In this document: one piece after another, positions 38,860 through 47,060 of the stretch
Numbering within the stretch: the first letter of the stretch is position 1
Layout: each line of letters starts with the position of its first letter
From: an uncultured Pseudomonadales bacterium
GTDB lineage: Bacteria; Patescibacteriota; Microgenomatia; UBA1400; UBA12028
Length of the DNA stretch: 64,000 nucleotides
Assembly (NCBI GenBank): GCA_964635905.1
Contig: CAZWPK010000002.1
Coordinates: 13,621-77,620, forward strand
Direction: 5' to 3'
Program-made: the position numbers and the translations under genes
The notes under the pieces: model-generated
What the model saw: the letters and a program-made list of their open reading frames with translations, nothing else
Told to the model about the DNA's origin: nothing
Database searches by the model: none

Positions 38860-39822
38860 ATGTCATTCTATCAAGGAAAAACGGTAGTCGTTACTGGAGC
38901 TGCAGGTTTCATCGGTTCCCACCTCTGTGACGAGCTTTTAAAACTAGGCGGTTCTGTCATTGGGGTAGATAACTTTATAACTGGGAATGCCCGAAATATT
39001 GAACATCTTACTACCAACCCTGCCTTCACCTTTATTCAGGCAGATGTTTGCAGTGTTCCAACAAGCTATCTGCCACCGGATCGTCCCATCGATTGCCTTT
39101 TTCATTTTGCTTCTCCTGCAAGTCCGGATGGATATCAAGAACATCCGGTTGAAACGTACCTCGTCAACAGTATCGGGACCCATAATCTGCTGCAGTATTT
39201 ATTGGAACACTCCCCTTCGGCGCGCTTTTTGTACGCAAGCACCTCCGAAAGTTATGGGGATCCTCTAGAGCATCCGCAAAAAGAAACCTACTACGGAAAT
39301 GTCAATCCCAACGGTCCACGCTCGATGTACGATGAAAGTAAACGTTTGGGTGAAACCATTTGTGGGGTACACCACAACACCTTTGACATGGATGTGCGAA
39401 TTGTCCGCATTTTTAACACCTACGGCCCACGTTTAGATCTGCATGATGGCCGCGTGATCCCAGATTTTATGCGTTCCCTGCTTGCCGATGAAGCAATTGT
39501 GATTCATGGTGATGGTTCTCAAACACGATCGTTTTGTTACGTTGATGATCTAGTCGCGGGTGTCCTTCGCTTAATGGAAGTTGATGCGGCTAATGGAGAA
39601 ACCGTCAATATTGGTAATCCTTCTGAATTAACCGTGTTAGAACTTGCAACCCAATTGGCCAGCGTGATGGGGAAAACACCAACCTTTACCTACCTTGCGG
39701 GACGGCCTGATGATCCCAGCAGGCGCTGCCCGGACATTAGTAAAGCGAAATCCTTACTCTCCTGGGAACCTTCGGTATCACTGGCCCAAGGTCTAGAAAA
39801 AACGGTTGCCTATTTTAAATAA
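38860..39822 (+). CDS. UDP-glucuronate decarboxylase (UDP-xylose synthase, UXS) family SDR
   Basis: KTVVVTGAAGFIGSHLCDELL, YASTSESYG, YDESKRLGE active-site Y/K, DGSQTRSFCYVDDLV; overall UXS1/ArnA-decarboxylase-like pattern. Confidence 0.75.
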   Translation: MSFYQGKTVVVTGAAGFIGSHLCDELLKLGGSVIGVDNFITGNARNIEHLTTNPAFTFIQADVCSVPTSYLPPDRPIDCLFHFASPASPDGYQEHPVETYLVNSIGTHNLLQYLLEHSPSARFLYASTSESYGDPLEHPQKETYYGNVNPNGPRSMYDESKRLGETICGVHHNTFDMDVRIVRIFNTYGPRLDLHDGRVIPDFMRSLLADEAIVIHGDGSQTRSFCYVDDLVAGVLRLMEVDAANGETVNIGNPSELTVLELATQLASVMGKTPTFTYLAGRPDDPSRRCPDISKAKSLLSWEPSVSLAQGLEKTVAYFK

Positions 39823-40564
39823 CACTTCTATGAAAAAGTCGAATTCTCGTATCACGTCATCCTTGCGTTCGGTAAGTATCGTAATACCTGTCTTTAATGA
39901 AGCCACGACCATTGAATCGTTAATCAAAACGGTGCAAGAGAGTGACACGTTAGGACTGGCAAAAGAGATTGTGGTCGTCAATGATGCGTCAACGGATACG
40001 ACAGGACAAGTACTTCAAAAAGTAAAAGGCATTAAAGTATCTACCCATCCCCAAAATTTAGGAAAAGGTGCGGCGATCAGAACCGGATTCTTGAAAGCGA
40101 CCGGAGATATTGTTCTGATTCAAGACGCAGATCTAGAATATTCACCGGAAGATTTTCCCAAGCTGTTAGAACCATTTTTCTCTTTTCAGGCAGATGCCGT
40201 CATCGGTACACGGTTTCGTGGTGACAGTGCTCGGCGAGTCATTTACTATACCCATCAGTTAGCCAACAATGTTCTGACTATGTATTCCAATCTGTTAACA
40301 AACTTTAACTTAACAGACATGGAATGTGGATATAAGGCATTTCGAAAAGCTGTGGTTAAAGAATTGACTCCAAAGCTAGTCAGTAATAGGTTTGGAATCG
40401 AGCCAGAGTTGATCGCTCGGCTGGCCAAAATTAAAGGGATCAAATTATACGAGGTAGGCATTCGTTACCAAGGAAGAACGTATGAAGAAGGAAAAAAAAT
40501 CGGCGTCATCGACGGTATTAAAGCCCTCTACGAAATTACTGTCTACAATCTCTTTACCGAATGA
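39806..40564 (+). CDS. GT2 polyprenyl-phosphate glycosyltransferase (DPM1/ArnC-like)
   Basis: VSIVIPVFNEATTIESLIKTV...VVVNDASTDTTGQ...IQDADLEYSP; 252 aa soluble DPM1-like; overlaps UXS stop by 17 nt (operon). Confidence 0.8.
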   Translation: MPILNNTSMKKSNSRITSSLRSVSIVIPVFNEATTIESLIKTVQESDTLGLAKEIVVVNDASTDTTGQVLQKVKGIKVSTHPQNLGKGAAIRTGFLKATGDIVLIQDADLEYSPEDFPKLLEPFFSFQADAVIGTRFRGDSARRVIYYTHQLANNVLTMYSNLLTNFNLTDMECGYKAFRKAVVKELTPKLVSNRFGIEPELIARLAKIKGIKLYEVGIRYQGRTYEEGKKIGVIDGIKALYEITVYNLFTE

Positions 40565-41174
40565 ACCTTGGCTAGAAAAATGGGCTCGTTTGGTTCGCTT
40601 TCGCACAGTCTGTCCAGCAATCCTACAGTACCTCGATTCACGCCCGGGTCAAATTCGCTTAGTTGACTATGGATGTGGTCAAGATATTTTGTTTAAAAAA
40701 TACTTTGACTCCACGTATCCCTCCTACGCCTCCCGCATTCACTATATTGGCTTAGATCCCTTAATCGCATCAAACTCGGACCCATCCTTGCATGGCATAG
40801 AAATCATCCGTTCTCAATTTGAAAAGGTGAAGCTTTCCTCCAAAGCAGATGTCACCATCATGCTCGCGGTCTTAGAACATGTGGACGATGCAGCACTACT
40901 ACTTGAGGTAGCACTGCACAATACGAGCAAAGGTGGGATTATTGTGGGGACAACACCCTCACCGTTAGCAAAACTTCCACTCGAATTTCTCTCCTATACG
41001 CTGGGAATTATTTCGACTCGTGAAATTGAAGAGCACAAACGCTATCCTACACGGCAAACGATTACGACAGCTTTAAAAAAAATTACAGAAACTAGTCCAG
41101 TGAAGCTCTATCACACACACCGCTACTTCGAATTTGGCCTTAACAACTACTTCTTCATCAAAAAGTTATCGTAA
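40482..41174 (+). CDS. Class I SAM-dependent methyltransferase (start uncertain)
   Basis: Motif I IRLVDYGCGQD, motif II ADVTIMLAVLEHVDD. ORF-track start overlaps the GT2 by 83 nt; a later alternative (TTG/GTG) start is likely. Confidence 0.55.
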   Translation: MKKEKKSASSTVLKPSTKLLSTISLPNEPWLEKWARLVRFRTVCPAILQYLDSRPGQIRLVDYGCGQDILFKKYFDSTYPSYASRIHYIGLDPLIASNSDPSLHGIEIIRSQFEKVKLSSKADVTIMLAVLEHVDDAALLLEVALHNTSKGGIIVGTTPSPLAKLPLEFLSYTLGIISTREIEEHKRYPTRQTITTALKKITETSPVKLYHTHRYFEFGLNNYFFIKKLS

Positions 41175-41223
41175 TCGTCCTACTTGGCAAGGGTAATTTG
41201 GGTGATCTATACTCAGTTTAACC

Positions 41224-41694
41224 ATGAAAACAATCATTCCCCCCATCCTCTTCATTCTCGGTTGTGAACTGGTGGGGATATCGGGCACCACCTTTACCCT
41301 CTCTTCCATTCCCACTTGGTATGCAGCCTTAGAAAAACCTTTTTTTGCTCCACCCAATTGGATCTTTGGACCCACCTGGACCCTCCTGTACGCATTGATG
41401 GGAATCTCAGCCTACTTGATTTATCAAAAAGGCTGGAAAAAACCACAAGTCTCTCTGGCGCTCCGTCTCTTTGGTCTGCAGTTTCTGGCAAATTTTATCT
41501 GGACACCGGTATTCTTTGGACTGAAAGCCCCGATGCCGGGATTAGCGGTGATCTTAATTCTGTGGATGTTGATCGTGCTTACCATACACCGTTTCTTTTT
41601 TATCTCCAAAGTTGCAGCAGTGTTGTTGTTACCCTATTTAGCTTGGGTAAGTTTTGCAACACTTCTAAACGCAGGCATTGCCTTCTTAAATTAA
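41224..41694 (+). CDS. tspO: TspO/MBR tryptophan-rich sensory protein
   Basis: WYAALEKPFFAPPNWIFGPTWTLLYALMGISAYLI and five TM helices. Confidence 0.8.
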   Translation: MKTIIPPILFILGCELVGISGTTFTLSSIPTWYAALEKPFFAPPNWIFGPTWTLLYALMGISAYLIYQKGWKKPQVSLALRLFGLQFLANFIWTPVFFGLKAPMPGLAVILILWMLIVLTIHRFFFISKVAAVLLLPYLAWVSFATLLNAGIAFLN

Positions 41695-41711
41695 GAAACG
41701 TTCACTCTACC

Positions 41712-42857
41712 CTATAAGAATGTCACGGATGAGAGAATCTTGCTGACCGTAGAAAGATAGGAAGCCTCATTGGGACCAACGGCAAAGACGAGAAATCCAT
41801 ACACCATCGAGTCTTTGACACTGTGATAGTAGGTAAAACATCCCATTCCACAAACAATAACTTTTTGAAAGACGTTTCCCGCAAAACTCACCGAGGAATA
41901 TTCTGGCTCCTTCTGATCACCACCTGGCTCTGCGAAATAGCGCGCTTCCATCCAGGTTCGTAAATCTTGTGTAATGGGTTGCGGTTTCATTACTGAGAAG
42001 ATAACTCCATCGGACAGCTCCGATTGTGGTCGCGTTGTTGCTCCCCGGACGCGTAGTGAAAACAGGTCGCCATCTCTAAACTGGGTGGTATCTTCCACCA
42101 GTGGCCATCCAGAAGGATAATTCAGCGTTAATTTTGCTTGAGCGTTACGATACGTTTTAAATTCTCCCGTGGGAACTGGACTACTCATTGCTTGGATATT
42201 ATCGGGTTGGAAGGTTAGTGTGGAAAAGAGTTGGTCTAACTCCGCTTTCTGTAGTTGCGCTGAATCGGTAGTGCCCACATACCCACCCAAGAGATAGGTC
42301 ACGTTTCCAAACTCAACAAGATAGCGATATTCTTTTGTCCCAGTAGGGAATTCCCAAGGCTGTGCGTTGACAAATACTTTAGTTCCATACCCACCAATCA
42401 TCGTGTCTGCTTCATGGGAATAGGTAAAGTACTTTTCAGTAGTCAAGTTTTTTGCACCTAAGACAACGGAATCATTGAGAGGTACCCTGCGGAGCGCATC
42501 TACATCTGCCCTTGTGTAGTTATAGATTTCTCCAGAGGTTGCTCTCTGGGAAGTTGGAATCACTGAAATATAGGCAAAGTTTGTTACATCCACACTGCCT
42601 GGAGCTGCCTTTTTCTTGTACATCCGACTATACGTTCCCATCGATTCTGATTCAAATGTTTCCGGCAGACGCAGTGTGTACCCTACCCCTGTTTCAAGTG
42701 TTGGAGATTGCGTTGGGATCGGCGTGACTTGGACTGTATCGGGATCACCATCGTGTTCTGGGGTCGCGGTAGTACGATCTGGGGGTAGACGTTGCAATCC
42801 AAGAACGGCCAAGGCGATGACGACAACGACGAGGAATGCAAGTAAAAAGCGTTTCAT
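41712..42857 (-). CDS. Hypothetical secreted protein (381 aa)
   Basis: Signal peptide MKRFLLAFLVVVVIALAVLGL; no recognisable domain. Confidence 0.6.
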   Translation of the reverse strand: MKRFLLAFLVVVVIALAVLGLQRLPPDRTTATPEHDGDPDTVQVTPIPTQSPTLETGVGYTLRLPETFESESMGTYSRMYKKKAAPGSVDVTNFAYISVIPTSQRATSGEIYNYTRADVDALRRVPLNDSVVLGAKNLTTEKYFTYSHEADTMIGGYGTKVFVNAQPWEFPTGTKEYRYLVEFGNVTYLLGGYVGTTDSAQLQKAELDQLFSTLTFQPDNIQAMSSPVPTGEFKTYRNAQAKLTLNYPSGWPLVEDTTQFRDGDLFSLRVRGATTRPQSELSDGVIFSVMKPQPITQDLRTWMEARYFAEPGGDQKEPEYSSVSFAGNVFQKVIVCGMGCFTYYHSVKDSMVYGFLVFAVGPNEASYLSTVSKILSSVTFL

Positions 42858-42944
42858 GCAAAAATAATACCACGCAGTGGATCAAACGCGGGTAAGATTT
42901 ATTTCTTGGCTTGTAAAAAACTAGTCGACCGCGCACTGGCCAGA

Positions 42945-43193
42945 CTACTGAAAAGTTTCTGTTTCCAGTTTCATGTCACCTAAATCCAGTTCCAAACTCT
43001 CAACATCCGTGGTGGTTGACAGCGGTTCGGTGGTTGGCTGTACCGTAGCCAGCGGCTGTACTATAACCTCTTCTTGTATCTGCGTGTTTTCATCCATGTT
43101 GTCCGTTTGCTTTGTACAGGCTGAACATACCAGGACAATTGCAGATAATAGTACGATCCATGAAGCTTGTTGCATAGTTTGGTCCTTTCTCAA
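42945..43193 (-). CDS. Small secreted/lipoprotein-like protein (82 aa)
   Basis: WIVLLSAIVLVCSAC signal-like N-terminus, then an acidic T/E-rich tail. Confidence 0.4.
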   Translation of the reverse strand: MRKDQTMQQASWIVLLSAIVLVCSACTKQTDNMDENTQIQEEVIVQPLATVQPTTEPLSTTTDVESLELDLGDMKLETETFQ

Positions 43194-43204
43194 GTCACTG
43201 CCGA

Positions 43205-43813
43205 TTACAATTCTTGTAAGGCTTTGAGTTCCTTTAACGTTGCTTGCATGTCTCTGACGACTTGAGCAAATGCTACCTGCGCCTTTGCGACAGCTTCACG
43301 AGCAGCTTTTGCATCGGTCTTTTGTGCATCCCAGCTTTCTGCTGAGACAGAGCGAAGGAGTGTTACTGCTTGCGCACCAAGCGTTTTAGCAGTAGCCAAT
43401 GACAAGGTTGCTTTATCTAACGCAGCTTTAGCAGCTGCCGTATTCTTTCCTTCTGCGGACAGCGTAGTGAGACGCTTGGTGGCACGTTCAATCCAGTTTT
43501 CCAGTCGCTCCGCATGCAGCTTGAAGCGTCGTTCCACGCGATTGGCGACTCTGTTGAGAAACTCTTCTCGTGATTCTAACCGCTCTTCTTGTCGTTCCTC
43601 ACGGTTCTCTTTACGAAGTTCTATGCGTTCTTTAGCAGCTTCTATTTTCCTTTCGGCTGCATTTCGTCGATTTTCAACTCTTGGTTTGAGTGTGGGAGAC
43701 GCTGTTGCAGGGGAAGTGGAGACAGGTTGGGGAGTCTCTGCCTGTGCCGTAGTCACCATCAGCACTGAAACAAAAAGAAACACTATAATACTAACCAAAC
43801 GAGAAATTTTCAT
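43205..43813 (-). CDS. Secreted Glu/Arg-rich coiled-coil protein (202 aa)
   Basis: Signal peptide ...VTTAQA/ET; long charged heptad-like region ERKIEAAKERIELRKENREERQEERLESREEFLNRVANRVERRFKLHAERLENWIERATKRL. Confidence 0.6.
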   Translation of the reverse strand: MKISRLVSIIVFLFVSVLMVTTAQAETPQPVSTSPATASPTLKPRVENRRNAAERKIEAAKERIELRKENREERQEERLESREEFLNRVANRVERRFKLHAERLENWIERATKRLTTLSAEGKNTAAAKAALDKATLSLATAKTLGAQAVTLLRSVSAESWDAQKTDAKAAREAVAKAQVAFAQVVRDMQATLKELKALQEL

Positions 43814-43830
43814 AGATCCTTTCGTTGAGC

Positions 43831-44283
43831 TTAAGTATACAGAATTGTCACCACCCGTACATCAGCTCTACACTGTCGGTTGGGATTTCTTTTTCTTGGT
43901 AAGATTTTTTCCACTCGATACAAGGTCATTTTAGTAATCAGATCATAGGGGACTGGTTTATCGACCGCAAATTGTATCGCCCCTTTGGAAGTTTTATACG
44001 GCGTTAGTTCCTCCTTAAAAGCCACGATCGCTTCAGGACCAGGGTAAAAACCAACATGCTTGGCATATCCCCCAAAATGGACTAAATTCCCTTTCAGGGT
44101 GAATGTGGGAATTCCATAGGATAACGTTTCTTGTGCCTCTGGCGCAGCCGCTTTAATCGTGGCGCGAACGTTCTGTAGAATTTGTGCAACAGGTTCTGGA
44201 TAGCTTTGAATATAGGTGGTTACGCTCTCGACTGAATCCATACGATTCTCCTTTAGGGGTCTATCAAAATCACAGTATAGCAA
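43831..44283 (-). CDS. DUF1801 (YdhG-like) domain protein
   Basis: TTYIQSYPEPVAQILQNVRATIKAAAPEAQETLSYGIPTFTLKGNLVHFGGYAKHVGFYP matches DUF1801 as I recall it; true start probably the internal MDSVESV. Confidence 0.5.
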   Translation of the reverse strand: MLYCDFDRPLKENRMDSVESVTTYIQSYPEPVAQILQNVRATIKAAAPEAQETLSYGIPTFTLKGNLVHFGGYAKHVGFYPGPEAIVAFKEELTPYKTSKGAIQFAVDKPVPYDLITKMTLYRVEKILPRKRNPNRQCRADVRVVTILYT

Positions 44284-44397
44284 AGTCTTTTGCTTGAGAA
44301 AGACTTAGTTCATCTTTAAGGCACCTTCACTACTACACAGCATTAAGCGCTTCTTAAGTCAGAGTCTGTACAGTATGACCTTAGAAAGGAGAAGAAT

Positions 44398-44916
44398 ATG
44401 AATAACAACAAAATTCTTCTTAGCGCAACTGTAAGTGCAGTTGTGATCGGTGGCATCCTCCTAGGATCCACTCGGGCATTGGCCCAAGAAAGTACATCGA
44501 CCACAAATCCGATGACTTCCTTGGTACAAAAGATTGCCGATAAATTTGGACTGAACAAGGACGAGGTGCAAGCCGTCTTTGATCAGTCTAGAGAGGAGCG
44601 ACAAGCGTCTCGGCAAGCAGAGTATGAGACAAGGTTATCGCAATTGGTAACTGATGGCAAGATTACGGAAGCGCAAAAGCAACTCATTCTTACCAAACAC
44701 AAAGAGATGCAAGCGAACCGTGAATCGGAGATGACTACTTTGAAAGATATGTCAGCTTCGCAGCGACGAACTGCAATGGAAACACGTCGCAACGAGCTTG
44801 AGACCTGGGCAACCCAAAACGGAATTGACAGTCAGTATGTATTACCAGGTGAAGCTCATGGTTTTGGAGGGAGAGGGATGCATGGATTTGGTGCACCAAA
44901 TGACATGAGCAACTAA
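44398..44916 (+). CDS. Secreted charged coiled-coil protein (172 aa)
   Basis: Signal peptide ...GSTRALA/QE; SD AAGGAGAAG upstream; Q/E/R-rich helical region; Gly-rich C-terminus (GFGGRGMHGFGAPNDMSN). Confidence 0.6.
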   Translation: MNNNKILLSATVSAVVIGGILLGSTRALAQESTSTTNPMTSLVQKIADKFGLNKDEVQAVFDQSREERQASRQAEYETRLSQLVTDGKITEAQKQLILTKHKEMQANRESEMTTLKDMSASQRRTAMETRRNELETWATQNGIDSQYVLPGEAHGFGGRGMHGFGAPNDMSN

Positions 44917-44950
44917 ATACTGGTCTATCTAAAAACAAGTTGACACTATT

Positions 44951-44982
44951 CTCCACACAGCTTTGTATACAGCTGTGTGGAG
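44951..44982. terminator. Perfect 12-bp inverted repeat between convergent genes (bidirectional terminator or protein-binding palindrome)
   Basis: CTCCACACAGCT-TTGTATAC-AGCTGTGTGGAG seen directly; no flanking T/A-run. Confidence 0.4.
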
Positions 44983-44998
44983 TACGTGCTCACCATCA

Positions 44999-45886
44999 TT
45001 AAGCCACTGCATCGTACGCTTGTTGAAGCGCCGCAATATCAAATTTCTTCATTTTCAAAAAGGCTTGGGTTACAGCTTCTACCCTGGCAGGATTCGAATC
45101 TTCTAACATTCCTTGCAACGCCAGCGGAGTGACTTGCCAAGAAAGTCCGAATTTATCTTTCAGCCAACCACATTGTTCCGATTCCGGGTTGGATGAGAGT
45201 TTCTCCCAGTAATAGTCAATTTCTTCTTGGGTCTGACAATGAATAATAAAAGAGGTTGCCTCGTTAAAGGCAAATTGATGATCATAGGCACTATCCATGA
45301 TCGCAAATTGCAACCCTTCTAAGGCAAACAACATATGTTTAATCGTTCCCACTTTATCCGGACCTTCTCCTTTTTCGTAACGCATGGTATCGCCAATCGA
45401 GGTCTCATGAAAAACACTGGTATAAAACGAGACCGCCTCTTCTGCTTTCCCACAATTGTCTCCAATAAACATCAACGTTGGGATAATGCGTTGCGAAATT
45501 TCCCTCTCACCCATCCACATGACTTGCCAAGACACGCCAAATTTATCTTGAATCCAACCATACCAAGCACTAAATGGGTACTCTCCCAGTTCCATCAGAG
45601 CCATGCCTCCATCTGCAAGTTTGTCCCAAATTGCTTGAACTTCTTCTTTGGACTGACATGCCACAAGATACGAAACCGACGGGTTGAGTTTGAAGTAGGG
45701 ACCAGCACTAATCATGGCAAACTCTACGCCCATGATATGCATTGCAACGGTATGCGCATCACCAGAAGGGGTATTGTGCAACACGTTGACCCTATCCACG
45801 CTGGAATCCGGAAACGCGGTAGCGTAGAACTCTGCAGCTTCCTTGGCTTGGGTATCAAACCACAAATGGGGGGTTATTTTTTGCAT
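44999..45886 (-). CDS. Tandem PhnB-like VOC protein (two 3-demethylubiquinone-9 3-methyltransferase-type domains, PF06983-like)
   Basis: Two repeats ending GWIQDKFGVSWQV and CGWLKDKFGLSWQV; N-terminus ITPHLWFDTQAKEAAEFY. Confidence 0.75.
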   Translation of the reverse strand: MQKITPHLWFDTQAKEAAEFYATAFPDSSVDRVNVLHNTPSGDAHTVAMHIMGVEFAMISAGPYFKLNPSVSYLVACQSKEEVQAIWDKLADGGMALMELGEYPFSAWYGWIQDKFGVSWQVMWMGEREISQRIIPTLMFIGDNCGKAEEAVSFYTSVFHETSIGDTMRYEKGEGPDKVGTIKHMLFALEGLQFAIMDSAYDHQFAFNEATSFIIHCQTQEEIDYYWEKLSSNPESEQCGWLKDKFGLSWQVTPLALQGMLEDSNPARVEAVTQAFLKMKKFDIAALQQAYDAVA

Positions 45887-45889
45887 GTC

Positions 45890-46339
45890 TTACTCCTTTT
45901 TTCCACTAATATTGACCATCCAGTCGATGCCGAATTTATCAGTTACCATTCCAAAGGTATCTCCCCAAGGGGATTTTTCCAGCGGCATGTTCACTTTTCC
46001 GCCTTCGGAAAGTTTGTCCCAATAGCCACGCAGCTCTTCTTCATTATCACCACTCAGCGACATACTCATGCTTGAGCCAGAAGAGTATTCCATACTTGAA
46101 GGTGTATCTGCAGCCATGAAGGTAATCCCATTGTCGGCTTCCAGCATGGAATGCATGATTTTGTCATCTTCGGCTGGGTCTGCGGAGACATGATATTCCT
46201 TAAAAGTATTTTGGACGAGCTTTCCTCCAAATACTGAAGTATAAAAATCCATGGCTTCCCTGGCATTGCCGTTGAAGCTGAGATAGGGGTTTAAACGAGA
46301 CTGCATAGGTCCTCCTTTAGATCGGGTGATTAGGATCAC
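45890..46339 (-). CDS. Glyoxalase/bleomycin-resistance (VOC) family protein, PhnB-like
   Basis: LNPYLSFNGNAREAMDFYTSVFGG ... GDTFGMVTDKFGIDWMVNI. Confidence 0.65.
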   Translation of the reverse strand: MILITRSKGGPMQSRLNPYLSFNGNAREAMDFYTSVFGGKLVQNTFKEYHVSADPAEDDKIMHSMLEADNGITFMAADTPSSMEYSSGSSMSMSLSGDNEEELRGYWDKLSEGGKVNMPLEKSPWGDTFGMVTDKFGIDWMVNISGKKE

Positions 46340-46409
46340 AATAATACAACATCAATGGCAATTCAATCGTAATAATCGCTACACGAGGCGATCAGGAAAA
46401 TATCAAAAG

Positions 46410-47060
46410 CTACTCTGTTGTCTCAATGATTTTTATGGTTTCATCTTCAACGAAGATATATTGAGAATCAGTAAGAAGCACCAATGGGACTTGGTCATTG
46501 CGATACGCTATGGCTAAGCGTGTATCTAAATACTTGTGTTTAAAGGTATCGGATCCCCAATGCGGGAGTACGGTAAAGTTCACTAACCCGTATCCCTGTT
46601 GATTGTGGATTTTTAAAACTTCATCATGTTCGAGCAGATAATCTGGGCACCGCGGACCTGCAATAATGGAACCAGCACTAGTCCCAATGTAGATTTTTCC
46701 TTGAACATTGATGAGATCTTTAATCACTGGGATGAAGCCTGACTCCAAGGACTTTTGGAGTAAATAATATGTATTGCCACCAGAAATATAAATAGTCGAA
46801 AAGGGAGAAAGTTCACGCATTAATTGTTCACTCGTCTTTCCCGTAATGGTGTAATCGGTCACCTCAAAGCCAGTATCAACGAGTGACTGTCGATCATCAT
46901 GAAGCCAACCTAATTCACTTTGTTCATCCTTGGTTTCTACTGGTGTCGTGATGAATACTAATGATTTCTCTTTGGATACATCAAGGTTGGAAACCACATG
47001 GGCGGCTACCTTTGATATCGATGATGTTAAGAAAAGTTTTCGCATAGAGTTAGTTCTCAT
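46410..47060 (-). CDS. Peptidase E / S51 family dipeptidase
   Basis: IYISGGNTYYLL and GTSAGSIIAGP (Ser nucleophile context), H in VLPHWGSD. Confidence 0.7.
   Translation of the reverse strand: MRTNSMRKLFLTSSISKVAAHVVSNLDVSKEKSLVFITTPVETKDEQSELGWLHDDRQSLVDTGFEVTDYTITGKTSEQLMRELSPFSTIYISGGNTYYLLQKSLESGFIPVIKDLINVQGKIYIGTSAGSIIAGPRCPDYLLEHDEVLKIHNQQGYGLVNFTVLPHWGSDTFKHKYLDTRLAIAYRNDQVPLVLLTDSQYIFVEDETIKIIETTE

Noticed and set aside
45335-46075. 246-aa plus-strand ORF across the two VOC genes.
   Set aside because: Opposite-strand VOC products carry strong PF06983-like motifs (CGWLKDKFGLSWQV); the plus ORF is a shadow.
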